Assembly (NCBI GenBank): GCA_965243135.1
Contig: OZ251539.1
Coordinates: 5,152,001 to 5,216,000 of the forward strand
DNA length: 64,000 nt
From: Alphaproteobacteria bacterium
GTDB lineage: Bacteria > Pseudomonadota > Alphaproteobacteria > MPNO01 > UBA830
Direction of reading: 5' to 3'
Part shown: positions 30,944 to 40,523 of the stretch, one piece after another
Position numbering within the stretch: position 1 is the stretch's first letter
Layout: each line of letters starts with the position of its first letter
Made by a program: the position numbers and the translations under genes
The notes under the pieces: model-generated
The model's database searches: none
The model's input: only the letters and a program-made list of their open reading frames with translations
Told to the model about the DNA's origin: nothing

Positions 30944-32054
30944 CCCGGCGTCCCAGCCAGACGGCGGCAAGGCCGCCGCCGACCGAAAGCGCCGTCATCG
31001 CGTGGAACGCGCCGCCGCCGAAGGCGTCGAACAGCTGGCCTCCGGCCAGCATCGCGAGTCCCATCGCCAGACCCACCGCGAAACCCGAATAGAGGCTCTG
31101 CGCCGACGCCGACATGTCCTCCGGCACCGTCCGCAGCATGTAGTGAATGGCCGCCAGATGCGCCGCGCCGAAGGTCAGCCCGTGCAGCCACTGCACGGCG
31201 GCCAGAGCCGCGAGGTCCGTCGATTCCGCCAGCACCGTCCAGCGGACCAGTCCGGCCGCGGCCGCGATCAGCATCAGGCGCACCGGTCCGAGGCGCGCCG
31301 CGGCCGCGCCCGAGAACGCGAACAGAAGGATCTCGGCGGCCACCCCTTCCGCCCACAGCGCGCCGATCGCCGAATCCGGTATGCCGGCCGAGCGCCAGTG
31401 GAGGGTGGAAAACAGGTAGAGCACGGCGTGACTCGCCTGGAGCAGGCTCACGGCGAGGATGAAGATCAGAAAAGTCTTGCTGCGCAGCAGGACGAGAGCC
31501 GGAAACCGGGCCGCGCCGCGCCGCCTGGGGCGCGGCAGGCGCGAACCCGCGATCGCGGCGCAGGCCAACGCCGAGAGGAGCATCCACAGAATCGCGCCGT
31601 CGCCCGCGAAGTCGATCGCGAACCCTCCGGCCCAGGCGGCGGCGATGAAGGCGATCGAACCCCACAGCCGCACCCGTCCGTAATCGAAACCGTGCGTCGC
31701 GGCCGATCTGGAGGCGAGGTTTTCGCCCAGCGGGATAAGCGCCATGAACAGGGAGGTCGCGAGCAGGTTGAGGCCGAAGAGCGCCGGGAAGCCGTCGGCG
31801 GCGCCGATGAGCGCGTACGCTCCGACGCTTCCGGCCGCCGAGATCAAGATGATTCTCCGGTGCGCGCCGGACCGGTCCGCGAAATGGGCGATGAACGGGT
31901 TGGCGAAGGCGCGCACCCAGATCGCCACCGACAGGATCAGGCTGATTTCCCCGGCGTCGAGGCCGCGATGGGCCAGCCATGCAGGCCAGAACGGCACGTG
32001 AATGCCGATCGCCAGGAAGACCGCCGCGTAGTAGAAGGAGTAGCGCGCCGCCAT
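30879..32054 (-). CDS. MFS transporter, HcaT/MFS_1_like family
   Basis: GIHVPFWPAWL, DYGRVRLWGSIAF, QASHAVLY, LWAEGVAAEI, QWLHGLTFGAAHL motifs. Confidence 0.88.
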   Translation of the reverse strand: MAARYSFYYAAVFLAIGIHVPFWPAWLAHRGLDAGEISLILSVAIWVRAFANPFIAHFADRSGAHRRIILISAAGSVGAYALIGAADGFPALFGLNLLATSLFMALIPLGENLASRSAATHGFDYGRVRLWGSIAFIAAAWAGGFAIDFAGDGAILWMLLSALACAAIAGSRLPRPRRRGAARFPALVLLRSKTFLIFILAVSLLQASHAVLYLFSTLHWRSAGIPDSAIGALWAEGVAAEILLFAFSGAAAARLGPVRLMLIAAAAGLVRWTVLAESTDLAALAAVQWLHGLTFGAAHLAAIHYMLRTVPEDMSASAQSLYSGFAVGLAMGLAMLAGGQLFDAFGGGAFHAMTALSVGGGLAAVWLGRRVSAPPLRGRESSAPGGKRTAD

Positions 32055-32162
32055 CCCGACGAGCTTTAGTCCATCTTCGGCGGCCGCACACGCGATTTGT
32101 CGCGAGGTGGATTGCCGCTCTGGGCCATGCTAACGAATCGCGGGCGGCGGAAGGGGACGATC

Positions 32163-33914
32163 ATGCCGGAAACCACGATCGAAGTCGAAAGCGCCGCCGA
32201 GGCGTATCTGGCGCTCCTGAAGGATCGCGGAGTGGACTACCTGCTCGGCAATGCGGGCACGGATTTTCCGTCCATAATCGAAGGGTTGTCGAAGTCGCTC
32301 GCCGGCGAAGGAAGCGCCCCGGCGCCCGTCACCGTGCCGCACGAAAATCTCGGCGTCGCGATGGCGCACGGCTACTACGTCGCCACCGGACGGCTGTGCG
32401 CGGTGATGGTCCACGTCAACGTCGGCACCGCCAACGCCCTGTGCGGCGTCATGAACGCCGCGCGCGAGAACGTCCCGATACTGATGACGTCGGGGCGCAC
32501 GCCGCTGACCGAGGAGGGACTCGACGGCGCGCGTTCGATCTACATCCACTGGGGCCAGGAGATGTTCGATCAGGCGGGCGTGATGCGGGAGATGGTCAAG
32601 TGGGACTACGAACTCCGCAACGCGCGCCAGCTCGAGACGATCGTCGACCGCGCCGTCACCGTCGCCATGACCGAACCGCGGGGACCGGTCTACCTGACGC
32701 TGCCGCGCGAGGTGCTCGCCGAGCGTCCCGGCAGCTTCGGTTTCCGTTCGCCGGCCCGCCGCGTCGCCGCGACCGCGCCCGCCGCCGACCCGGCCGCGCT
32801 CGACCGGGCCGCGGAGATCCTCGCCCGCGCGGAGAACCCGCTCGTCGTCACGGCGAGCGCCGGGCGCGACCGCGCCGCGGTGCCCGCGCTCGAGTCCCTT
32901 GCGGCCCGGTTCGCGCTGCCGGTGATTTCGTACCGCCCCCGCTACGTCAACATATCGTCGGATCACGACATGCATCTGGGCTACGAGCCAGGTCCCCACC
33001 TCCCGGCCGCCGATGCGGTGCTGGTGGTCGATTGCGACGTTCCCTGGATTCCGTCGCTGCATCGGGTCGATCCCGACGCCGCGGTGATCCATCTGGGAGC
33101 GGATCCGCTGTTCGAGCGTTATCCGGTTCGCGGATTTCCGTGCGATCTCGCGATCACCGGCGCCGCTCCCGACGCGCTTCGCAAGTTGGAGGAGGCGCTC
33201 GAGGATCGCGAGGGCGCCATGGCGCAGCGGATCGCTTCCCGGCGGTCCCGGGTCGCCGGGACCCGGGAAGAACAGCGCGCCGCCCGGCAAGCTTCCATCG
33301 ACCGGATCTCCGGCGGCGGCGGCGCGATGAACAACGCCTGGGTCGCGCATTGCCTCTCCCGCGTAAGGGAGGACGACGACGTGCTCGTGTCCGAGTCCCA
33401 GCTCTCCCTCGCGGACATGAACCTCCGCAAGCCCGGCACCTTTTTCGGAACCAGCCCGGCCGGCGGGCTGGGCTGGGGCCTCGGCGCGGCGCACGGCGTT
33501 AAGCTGGGCGAATCCGATCGGCGCGTGTTCTGCGTCGTCGGCGACGGCTCCTACATGTTCGGCAATCCGACGCCTGCGCATTTCGTGTCGGCGGCCAACG
33601 ATCTGCCGGTGCTGACCGTCATCCTCAACAACCGGATGTGGGGTTCGGTGCGCAAGGCGACCCTCGGCCTCTACCCCGACGGCGCGGCGTCGCGGGCGAA
33701 CCGCGCGCCGCTGACCTATCTCGACCCCGCGCCGGACTATCACAGGATCGTCGAGGCGTCGGACGGATACGGAGAAGAAGTGAAGGATCCCTCCGATCTT
33801 CCCGGGGCGCTCGAACGCGGCCTGAAATCCGTCGCCGTCGACCGGCGGCAGGCCGTGATCAACGTTCACACCGCGTACGACGACGCAGCGGCGATCGCCG
33901 ATGCCAGACGCTGA
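32163..33914 (+). CDS. Thiamine diphosphate-dependent enzyme (acetolactate synthase large subunit-like)
   Basis: GNAGTDF, PHEN, HVNVGTAN, GPVYLTLPRE, GDGSYMF...LNN ThDP motif. Confidence 0.88.
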   Translation: MPETTIEVESAAEAYLALLKDRGVDYLLGNAGTDFPSIIEGLSKSLAGEGSAPAPVTVPHENLGVAMAHGYYVATGRLCAVMVHVNVGTANALCGVMNAARENVPILMTSGRTPLTEEGLDGARSIYIHWGQEMFDQAGVMREMVKWDYELRNARQLETIVDRAVTVAMTEPRGPVYLTLPREVLAERPGSFGFRSPARRVAATAPAADPAALDRAAEILARAENPLVVTASAGRDRAAVPALESLAARFALPVISYRPRYVNISSDHDMHLGYEPGPHLPAADAVLVVDCDVPWIPSLHRVDPDAAVIHLGADPLFERYPVRGFPCDLAITGAAPDALRKLEEALEDREGAMAQRIASRRSRVAGTREEQRAARQASIDRISGGGGAMNNAWVAHCLSRVREDDDVLVSESQLSLADMNLRKPGTFFGTSPAGGLGWGLGAAHGVKLGESDRRVFCVVGDGSYMFGNPTPAHFVSAANDLPVLTVILNNRMWGSVRKATLGLYPDGAASRANRAPLTYLDPAPDYHRIVEASDGYGEEVKDPSDLPGALERGLKSVAVDRRQAVINVHTAYDDAAAIADARR

Positions 33915-35088
33915 CGCGGGGTTTCCGGGCGACGCGCTGAACGCACTTCTGGAGCGGCTAGCCGACCATCCGTTCTACGAGGGCCGGCTTCCGGCCCGCG
34001 TCGCGGACGCGGCGGAATTCGCGGCCGCCGCGCCGCTGATGAGCCGATCCGACCTCGCGGCGGAAATGGAGAAGCCGGGCTACGGCGCGTTCGGCGGCTC
34101 GCGCCCGGTGCGCATGAACCTGAGCCCGATGGGCGGCTCGCTGGTGCCGGCGATGCAGACGCCGGGCGATATCGCGGCCATGATCGCCGCGGTCCGCACC
34201 CATCTCGACGCCTGCGGCATCGGGCCGGGCGACGTTTGCGCGGTCACTTTCGGTTATCACCTGTTCGTCGCCGGACTGTTCTACCAGACGCAGATGGAGG
34301 CCCACGGCGTGGGTTGCATTCCGCTCGGCCCGGGAGAAGCCGCCCGCGCCGCGGAAATCTGCAGGCGCCACGGCGTGACCGTGCTCGCCGGGAATCCGTC
34401 CTTCGCGCTCAGGCTGGTCGAGGAAGGCCTGCCGACGCCGCGGGTCTTCTTCGCCGGCGGCGAGCCGTTCACCGGCAACCCTGCGCTCTACGACGCGGTT
34501 CGCGCCGCCATGCCCGGCGCGATGCTGGTCGACTCCTTCTCGCTGTCGGAGTTCCTTCCCGTGGCGCGCACCTTTCCGGGCGGCGAGGGCGTGCACGCGT
34601 TCGACGAGCTGGCTTACGCGGAGGTTATCGATCCCGTCACCGGCGCGCTCCTGCCGGACGGCGAGCGGGGCGAACTGGTGCTGACGCACCTCAGGAAGGA
34701 AGCGCAGCCGCTGCTGCGATACCGCACCGGCGATCTGACGGTGAAGAGGATGACGGAGCCCGTATGCGGCCGCCGGACGAACCTGCCGAAAGTCGTGTTC
34801 GGCCGCACCGACGACATGATCAAGGCGAAAGGAGTGAAGATCTATCCTTCGGAGATCCGCACCGTCCTGCTCGGGCTGGACGGGCTGACCGGCCGATACC
34901 GGATGAAGGTCGCTCCGGGCGACCGCATCGCGCTCGCGCTGGAGGGCAGCGGAGGCGACGAGGCGGCCGAGGAAGTGGCGCGGCGCTTCAAGAGCCAGGT
35001 CCTGGTTTCGGCCGACGAAATCGCTTTCGTCGAGGATCTCGGCGACGGTCCGGTCGCGGTCGACGAACGGAGGGCCGGGGGAGGATGA
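33901..35088 (+). CDS. Phenylacetate-CoA ligase (PaaK)-like adenylate-forming protein with an atypical P-loop
   Basis: FGYHLFVAG, GGEP, GERGELVLTHL, PLLRYRTGDL, GRTDDMIKAKGVKIYPSEI motifs; the SSGTTG loop is replaced by LSPMGG. Confidence 0.8.
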   Translation: MPDADAGFPGDALNALLERLADHPFYEGRLPARVADAAEFAAAAPLMSRSDLAAEMEKPGYGAFGGSRPVRMNLSPMGGSLVPAMQTPGDIAAMIAAVRTHLDACGIGPGDVCAVTFGYHLFVAGLFYQTQMEAHGVGCIPLGPGEAARAAEICRRHGVTVLAGNPSFALRLVEEGLPTPRVFFAGGEPFTGNPALYDAVRAAMPGAMLVDSFSLSEFLPVARTFPGGEGVHAFDELAYAEVIDPVTGALLPDGERGELVLTHLRKEAQPLLRYRTGDLTVKRMTEPVCGRRTNLPKVVFGRTDDMIKAKGVKIYPSEIRTVLLGLDGLTGRYRMKVAPGDRIALALEGSGGDEAAEEVARRFKSQVLVSADEIAFVEDLGDGPVAVDERRAGGG

Positions 35089-36191
35089 CCGAAGGCGTCT
35101 GGCGGTTCATCGTCGACCGCAACTCCTATGCGGATTTTTCGGTTTCGGTATCGCCGGCCGTCGAACGGGCCGTGACGGCCGGCGAGGCGCCGCCGACGGT
35201 CTTTCTCAACCTGTTCGATCGGGATTCGATCACGGTCGGCGTCAACGAAGATCCAGAACAGGTGCTCGACGTCGAGTATTGCCGCGCTCGCGGGATAGAT
35301 TTCCGGCGGCGCGTCAACGGCGGCGGCGCGATCTACGCGGGCGCGGGGTCCGCGTTCCTGGTCTATTTCGTGCCCGTCTCGCATCTCCGCGCGCCGCCGA
35401 CCACCGCGGCGGCGTTTCCGGCCATCCTCACGGCCTTCGCGGAGACGCTCAGCGATCTCTACGGCATCCCGGCCCGCTACCGGCCGCTCAACGACGTCGA
35501 GGTGGAGGGACGCAAGCTGGTTCCGACGTCGCTCAAGATCGAGAACGGGGTGATGACCTTCCGCATCGTCGTCAACGTCCGCGAGATCGCCACCGGAGTC
35601 GCGGCGCGGGCGATGCCGATGCCTCCCGAAAAGGTGGGCGACAAGGCGCTCAAGGATCTGCGGTCGCGGTTCACCTGTCTGGAGCGCGAAGCGGGGCGCG
35701 CGTTTTCGGAAAGCGATCTCGTGGAGATGGCCCGCGAGGCCGTCGCGAACGCGTTCGATGCGCCCGCTCTCGACGCCGGCGCGCTCGCCGACGCCGAACG
35801 GCGCTACGCGGAGGAGTTCCGCGCCCGCTTCGACACGGATGCCTGGCTGTTCGGAAAGAGCGAACGCAACCGGTTGACCGGTTTGTTGCGGGCCGGCGAC
35901 GCGGTCGGCCGGGGGCGTCACAAGGCGGTCGGCGGAATGATATGGGCGACTCTCGCGGTGCGGGACGGCGCGATCCTGCATGCGATCGTCAACGGCGACT
36001 GGCATCCCCGCCCGATCGACAGCGTCGGCAGGCTCGAGGAAGCGTTGGCCGGGTCGGCGGCCGAGTCCGCGGCGCTGCAGGGGGCGGTCGCCGATTTCCT
36101 CGCGGGCGACGTCGAGTTCGCGGGCGTCGAGGCGGACGACCTGATGTCGGCTTTGGACAAGGCGCTCGGCGCTTGCGAACCGGTTCGCTGA
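35085..36191 (+). CDS. Lipoate-protein ligase A family protein with C-terminal domain
   Basis: RRVNGGGAIY, RPLNDVEVEGRKL motifs; C-terminal HKAVGGMI...GDW domain; ATGA overlap. Confidence 0.82.
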   Translation: MTEGVWRFIVDRNSYADFSVSVSPAVERAVTAGEAPPTVFLNLFDRDSITVGVNEDPEQVLDVEYCRARGIDFRRRVNGGGAIYAGAGSAFLVYFVPVSHLRAPPTTAAAFPAILTAFAETLSDLYGIPARYRPLNDVEVEGRKLVPTSLKIENGVMTFRIVVNVREIATGVAARAMPMPPEKVGDKALKDLRSRFTCLEREAGRAFSESDLVEMAREAVANAFDAPALDAGALADAERRYAEEFRARFDTDAWLFGKSERNRLTGLLRAGDAVGRGRHKAVGGMIWATLAVRDGAILHAIVNGDWHPRPIDSVGRLEEALAGSAAESAALQGAVADFLAGDVEFAGVEADDLMSALDKALGACEPVR

Positions 36192-36605
36192 ACGTTTCGG
36201 ACGATCTGGCGGAGACGGAATGGCCGTCGTCGGGCGGCGCCTATCTGCTTTACTTCGCGGTCGAGTTTCCGCTCGCCCTGGCGATCCCCCGGCTTGGCGA
36301 TCCGGTTCTGAACCCGGGCAGCTACGTATACGCCGGGAGCGCATGGGGTCCGGGCGGACTCCGGGCTCGGGTCGCGCGCCATCTGAGGCCGGGCAAACCG
36401 CGCCGCTGGCATGTCGACCATCTCGCGTCGGCCGTCGGATGCCGCGCGGCGCGGGTTTTCCCGGGCGGTCGGGAATGCGCGCTCGTTGCCGATCTGTCGG
36501 CGGCCGGCGCGACGTTTCCGGCGCGCGGTTTCGGCAGTTCGGATTGCCGAGTATGCGAGGCCCATCTCCTTCGCCTTCCGGATCACTGACGAAAGCTCCT
36601 CGCCG
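36143..36605 (+). repeat. ~460-bp direct repeat, copy 1 (intact: 3' end of the lipoate ligase gene plus the DUF123 gene)
   Basis: Aligns end to end with 38425-38885. Confidence 0.92.
36188..36589 (+). CDS. DUF123 / GIY-YIG (Uri superfamily) nuclease-like protein
   Basis: GAYLL, GSYVYAGSA, RVARH, RWHVDHL, EC, GFGSSDCRVCEAHL motifs; start codon uncertain. Confidence 0.78.
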   Translation: MNVSDDLAETEWPSSGGAYLLYFAVEFPLALAIPRLGDPVLNPGSYVYAGSAWGPGGLRARVARHLRPGKPRRWHVDHLASAVGCRAARVFPGGRECALVADLSAAGATFPARGFGSSDCRVCEAHLLRLPDH

Positions 36606-36780
36606 TCCAGAAACCGTCGCGCGACGGGCATTGCACCCGCGGTCTCGCCGTTTCATGAGGTTCTGAAGCGTCTTTCGGCTTGCCGATCGCTTCCGCCGCT
36701 GTCAGCAAGGCGATTCGCGCCGCCGTGAATGCGAGCGGCCGGACGGTTATCCTCGGGGTCGGATTCACATTAAAGGAAAC

Positions 36781-37302
36781 CTATCGTGTATCCGGAAGGT
36801 TTTTCATGGACAATTGAGAATCACGAAGGCGTTCTCCGCTCAAATTCTCGATCGCTTCCGCAATTGGTCCCAGTTTGGCAGGGCCCGAAAACGCCTTGGC
36901 GTTCAATATTCGTGCAACCTCTTTTGGATCCATACTCGACATGAATTTGAATATTTTTGGAATCCCCACAGCACGCGAAGAAGGCACTTGAGTTTCAATT
37001 CTATAAACCGACCAAAAGTTACGAATATCGCCAATCGTAGGCAGAAAAAAGCGGCGCTCAAATTGCTCCGCAGCTCGAACCAATATCGATTCTCTGTCGG
37101 ACGGTAAATCCATTTTGAGAACATACTCGACAGCGCTTAAGCTCCGTTTTTTCCTTTTCGAAGATATGTTCTCAGGACGTGGATTTTTTCTTCGATTTCC
37201 AGCGCGACTTGACTTCATCTCCCGAAGAGCCTGATTAACGGAAGCATATCCGTATCGTTCGACAATCGGACCCAGCGCGTCCCGCAGACCGTCGTCAGCC
37301 AT
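36781..37302 (-). CDS. Hypothetical protein coupled to the ParA-like gene
   Basis: 173-aa ORF (MADDGLRDALGPIVERYG...) in a low-GC islet; start overlaps the ParA-like stop. Confidence 0.7.
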   Translation of the reverse strand: MADDGLRDALGPIVERYGYASVNQALREMKSSRAGNRRKNPRPENISSKRKKRSLSAVEYVLKMDLPSDRESILVRAAEQFERRFFLPTIGDIRNFWSVYRIETQVPSSRAVGIPKIFKFMSSMDPKEVARILNAKAFSGPAKLGPIAEAIENLSGERLRDSQLSMKNLPDTR

Positions 37303-38150
37303 ATTTAAGTCCCTTCGTTGACAAACCGGTTTTGCAGAAAAATTCTTTTGCAAAATTCTCAAATTTCGTCGCATTTCCAAGATGGGTGAAATTGCCGCGC
37401 ATCATTTTCGGAAACCCTCGGGAATGTAGTATTTGATTTTCGAAAATATGCCATCTATTCTTTTGCGATTGTTGTTTTATTTCTTCTAGAGCTTCTCTCT
37501 TCTCCGGACCTCCGTCGTTTCCTCCATGATAAAAACCGTTATTGATCACCACGCCGATGATTGAAATCTTATGGCCCCTGTTCTCCCGTTTGAATTTAGT
37601 CAATGATTGTTTCAGCAAGGGAAATCCGATCGTCGGAAAATATTCAGGCCTGACCGGAACCAGCCGAGAGGCGTGATAGGCAACCCGAGTAAACACCGAT
37701 TCCGTAGGTGCGCAATCGATCAAGTCTTTTTCCTGGAAGTTATCCGAAATGTACCGAGCGATTATTTTGGGATCGGGTTTTAAGGATTCAATTAGATGAT
37801 CCGAGAAGTCAAAACGAGAAGGAATGAGCTGAAGCCCCGAGGTGTCGATAGTCACGTCGTCAACTTCAAGTGGTGTGGGCGCCTCCCGTCCCAGGGAAGG
37901 AGGCCTGTATCCCGAAAAAATCTCAACGACGGATGGCGATTTCGAGGTCAGAAAATCTTTATAATTGTGTGGCATTAGAGCTTGAGACAGGTTGGCTTCG
38001 TGGATCCAGGTCAATAGCCAAAACGTCCAACCGAAGACGTCTGGCAGCATGCTGCCCAAGCAGTGCGGCGATCAGCGTCTTGCCGACGCCGCCCTTCATG
38101 TTGATGACGGAGACGCATACGGGTTTGCGTCTTCTCTGTTTCTGTCCCAA
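37295..38150 (-). pseudogene. ParA/Soj-family ATPase, frameshifted
   Basis: INMKGGVGKT deviant Walker A and IDLDP in one frame; ANLSQALM...IDCAP...VPVRPE in another. A 1-nt insertion near 37999 (CCA CGA AGC for CCA CAA GCC) splits DLDPQAN. TTG start with GGAGG RBS. Confidence 0.8.
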
Positions 38151-38247
38151 TGCCCTTAATCCTCCGACAGCGAGAACCATACATACAACAAGTCTCCATT
38201 GTCGGCAACACGATCTTCTTAGGAACGCGTGCGAGGGTGACACTCAT

Positions 38248-38421
38248 CACCCACAGATCGGCGAGCGCGTTTCCGAAATGATCTCGGCGCAACGGCGGGT
38301 GCCGGTGCGCGGCCCCTTCGCGGTTCTTCTCCATGCGCCCGAGATCGCTGAGCCGTTCGCCAATTTCGTGAACCTTTCCCGGTCCGAGGAAGTCTCCCGC
38401 ATTCCCCTGCACCTGAAGGAA
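38248..38421 (+). pseudogene. Fragment of a carboxymuconolactone decarboxylase/AhpD-like gene
   Basis: VRGPFAVLLHAPEIAE...SRIPLHLKE resembles the N-terminal part of CMD-family proteins; it is cut off at the start of repeat copy 2. Confidence 0.45.
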
Positions 38422-38424
38422 TCC

Positions 38425-38885
38425 GATGTCGGCCTTGGGCAAGGCGCTCGACGCTTGCGAACCGGTTTCTGAACGCTTCGGGCGACCGGGCGGAGACGGA
38501 GTCGCCATCGTCGGGCGGTGCCTATCTGCCCTATTTCGAGGTTGAGTTTCCGCTTGCCTCGCGACCCCCCGGCTTGGCGATCCGGTTCTGAACCCGGGCA
38601 ACTGCGTATACGCCGGAAGCGCGTGGGGTTCGGGCGGGCTCCGGGCTCGGGTCGCCCGCCATCTGAGGCCGGGCAAACCGCGCCGCCGACATGTCGACCA
38701 TCTCGCGTCGGCCGTCGGATGCCGCACGGCGCGGGTTTTCCCGGGCGGTCGGGAATGCGCGCTCGTTGCCGATCTGTCGGCGGCCGGCGCGACGTTTCCG
38801 GCGCGCGGTTTCGGCAGTTCGGATTGCCGGGCATGCGAGGCCCATCTCCTTCGCCTTCCGGATCGCTGACGAAAGCTCCTCGCCG
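38425..38885 (+). repeat. ~460-bp direct repeat, copy 2 (degenerate DUF123 pseudogene)
   Basis: Two single-base deletions relative to copy 1 (near 38468 and 38560) plus substitutions concentrated in the 5' half. Confidence 0.9.
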
Positions 38886-38940
38886 CGCCGCCCCGAAGCG
38901 GGCGTGAATACGGGCGCGGCGCAAACGCCTCGCCTCCTCT

Positions 38941-38969
38941 TTGACGGTTCCGGCGCGGCGGCCTACTCT
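38941..38969 (+). promoter_or_regulatory. Sigma70-type promoter, probably giving a leaderless mRNA
   Basis: TTGACG-N17-TACTCT, ending 6 nt before the ATG at 38976; no SD sequence. Confidence 0.6.
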
Positions 38970-38975
38970 TCCCAA

Positions 38976-40523
38976 ATGGCTAAACGCATGCTTCCGATCG
39001 GCTTTTCCTCTCTCCGGGAGATCCGGGGGATGGATTGCTACTACGTCGACAAGACTGACCATGTGCGCCGTCTCGTCGAGAGGGGCAAATACTATTTCCT
39101 GTCGCGTCCGCGCCGGTTCGGCAAGACCCTCCTGGTGGACACGCTGCAAGAGCTGTTCGAGGGAAGCGAGGAGTTGTTCCGGGACCTCGCCGTGCACGAC
39201 GGGTGGGACTGGTCGGCGCGCCACCCGGTCGTGCGGCTCAGCTTCGGCGGGCGCAATTTCGTCGTCCCGGACCGCGTTCGGGAAACCGTGGAAGCGCAGC
39301 TGGAAGAGACGGAGATGCAGGCCGGCCTCGAGCCGGGCCCCGCCGGGGCGGCGATCCGTTTCCGGCGCCTGATAAGGACGCTGCACGAACGCACCGGGCA
39401 GCGGGCGGTCGTGCTGGTGGACGAATACGACAAGCCGATCCTGGACGCGCTCGGCGACCGGGAACTGGCGCTGGCCAACCGCGACTTCCTGCGCGACCTG
39501 TACGGGGTTATCAAGGACTGCGACGAGCATCTCCGCTTCGTTTTCCTGACGGGGGTGAGCAAGTTCTCGAAGGCAGGCCTGTTCTCGGGCCTGAACAACC
39601 TGCGCGACATCACGCTGGCGCCGGAGTTCTCGGACATTTGCGGCTGCACGGACGCGGAACTGGACGCGGTCTTCGCCCCGGAACTGGAGGGCCTGGACCG
39701 GGACGAAATCCGGCGCTGGTACAACGGCTACAACTGGTGCGGGCCGGAGAAGCTCTACAACCCGTTCGGCGTCTTGCTGCTGCTCGCCGAGCGCAGGTTC
39801 GGCAACTACTGGTTCCAGAGCGGCACGCCGACCTTCCTCGTAGACCTTCTGTCGCGGCGTCAGGTCGAGACGCCCGCCTTGGGGTGCATGGTCGCGGATG
39901 ACGACTTGCTGTCGACCTTCGACGTCGACGACATCTCGACCGAAGCGCTTTTGTTCCAGACCGGCTATCTGACCATCGCTGGCGAGGATGCCGCCGACGG
40001 CGGGAGCCTGTACCGGCTGGATTACCCGAACCACGAGGTGAAGCTCAGCCTGAACAGGCGGCTGCTGCGCGCAATGGCGCCGGCAACGGGACGGGATGCG
40101 ATGAGGCAAGCGGAGCTGGCCAGGATGACGGCGGAGGACGATCCGGAGAAGGTGAGAGCGCTGTTCGAGGCGTTCTTCGCGAGCATTCCTCACGACTGGC
40201 ACCGGAAGAACGACCTCGCGAATTACGAGGGCTATTGGGCGGCCCTCGTCTACTCGCATTTCGCGGCGGCGGGTCTGGACGTTCGGGTCGAGGAAGCGAC
40301 CGCCCGCGGACGTCTGGACATGGCGGTGCTGAGTCCGGGGTGCGTGCATCTGTACGAGTTCAAGGTCGTGGATGGGAAGCCGGAAGGCATGGCGCTGGCG
40401 CAGATGCGGGAGCGCGGCTACGCGGACAAGTACCGGCATCTCGGCGTGCCGATCCGGCTGATCGGCATGGAGTTCGGCCGAGAAGAGCGCAACATCGTCG
40501 GCTTCGAGTTCGAGACCGCCTGA
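38976..40523 (+). CDS. AAA-ATPase-like + PD-(D/E)XK nuclease protein (DUF1703 type)
   Basis: LPIG...YYVDKT, LSRPRRFGKT (Walker A), VLVDEYDKP (Walker B), GLNNL, WYNGY, YNPF, GRLDM...YEFK, QMRERGYADKY motifs. Confidence 0.92.
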   Translation: MAKRMLPIGFSSLREIRGMDCYYVDKTDHVRRLVERGKYYFLSRPRRFGKTLLVDTLQELFEGSEELFRDLAVHDGWDWSARHPVVRLSFGGRNFVVPDRVRETVEAQLEETEMQAGLEPGPAGAAIRFRRLIRTLHERTGQRAVVLVDEYDKPILDALGDRELALANRDFLRDLYGVIKDCDEHLRFVFLTGVSKFSKAGLFSGLNNLRDITLAPEFSDICGCTDAELDAVFAPELEGLDRDEIRRWYNGYNWCGPEKLYNPFGVLLLLAERRFGNYWFQSGTPTFLVDLLSRRQVETPALGCMVADDDLLSTFDVDDISTEALLFQTGYLTIAGEDAADGGSLYRLDYPNHEVKLSLNRRLLRAMAPATGRDAMRQAELARMTAEDDPEKVRALFEAFFASIPHDWHRKNDLANYEGYWAALVYSHFAAAGLDVRVEEATARGRLDMAVLSPGCVHLYEFKVVDGKPEGMALAQMRERGYADKYRHLGVPIRLIGMEFGREERNIVGFEFETA

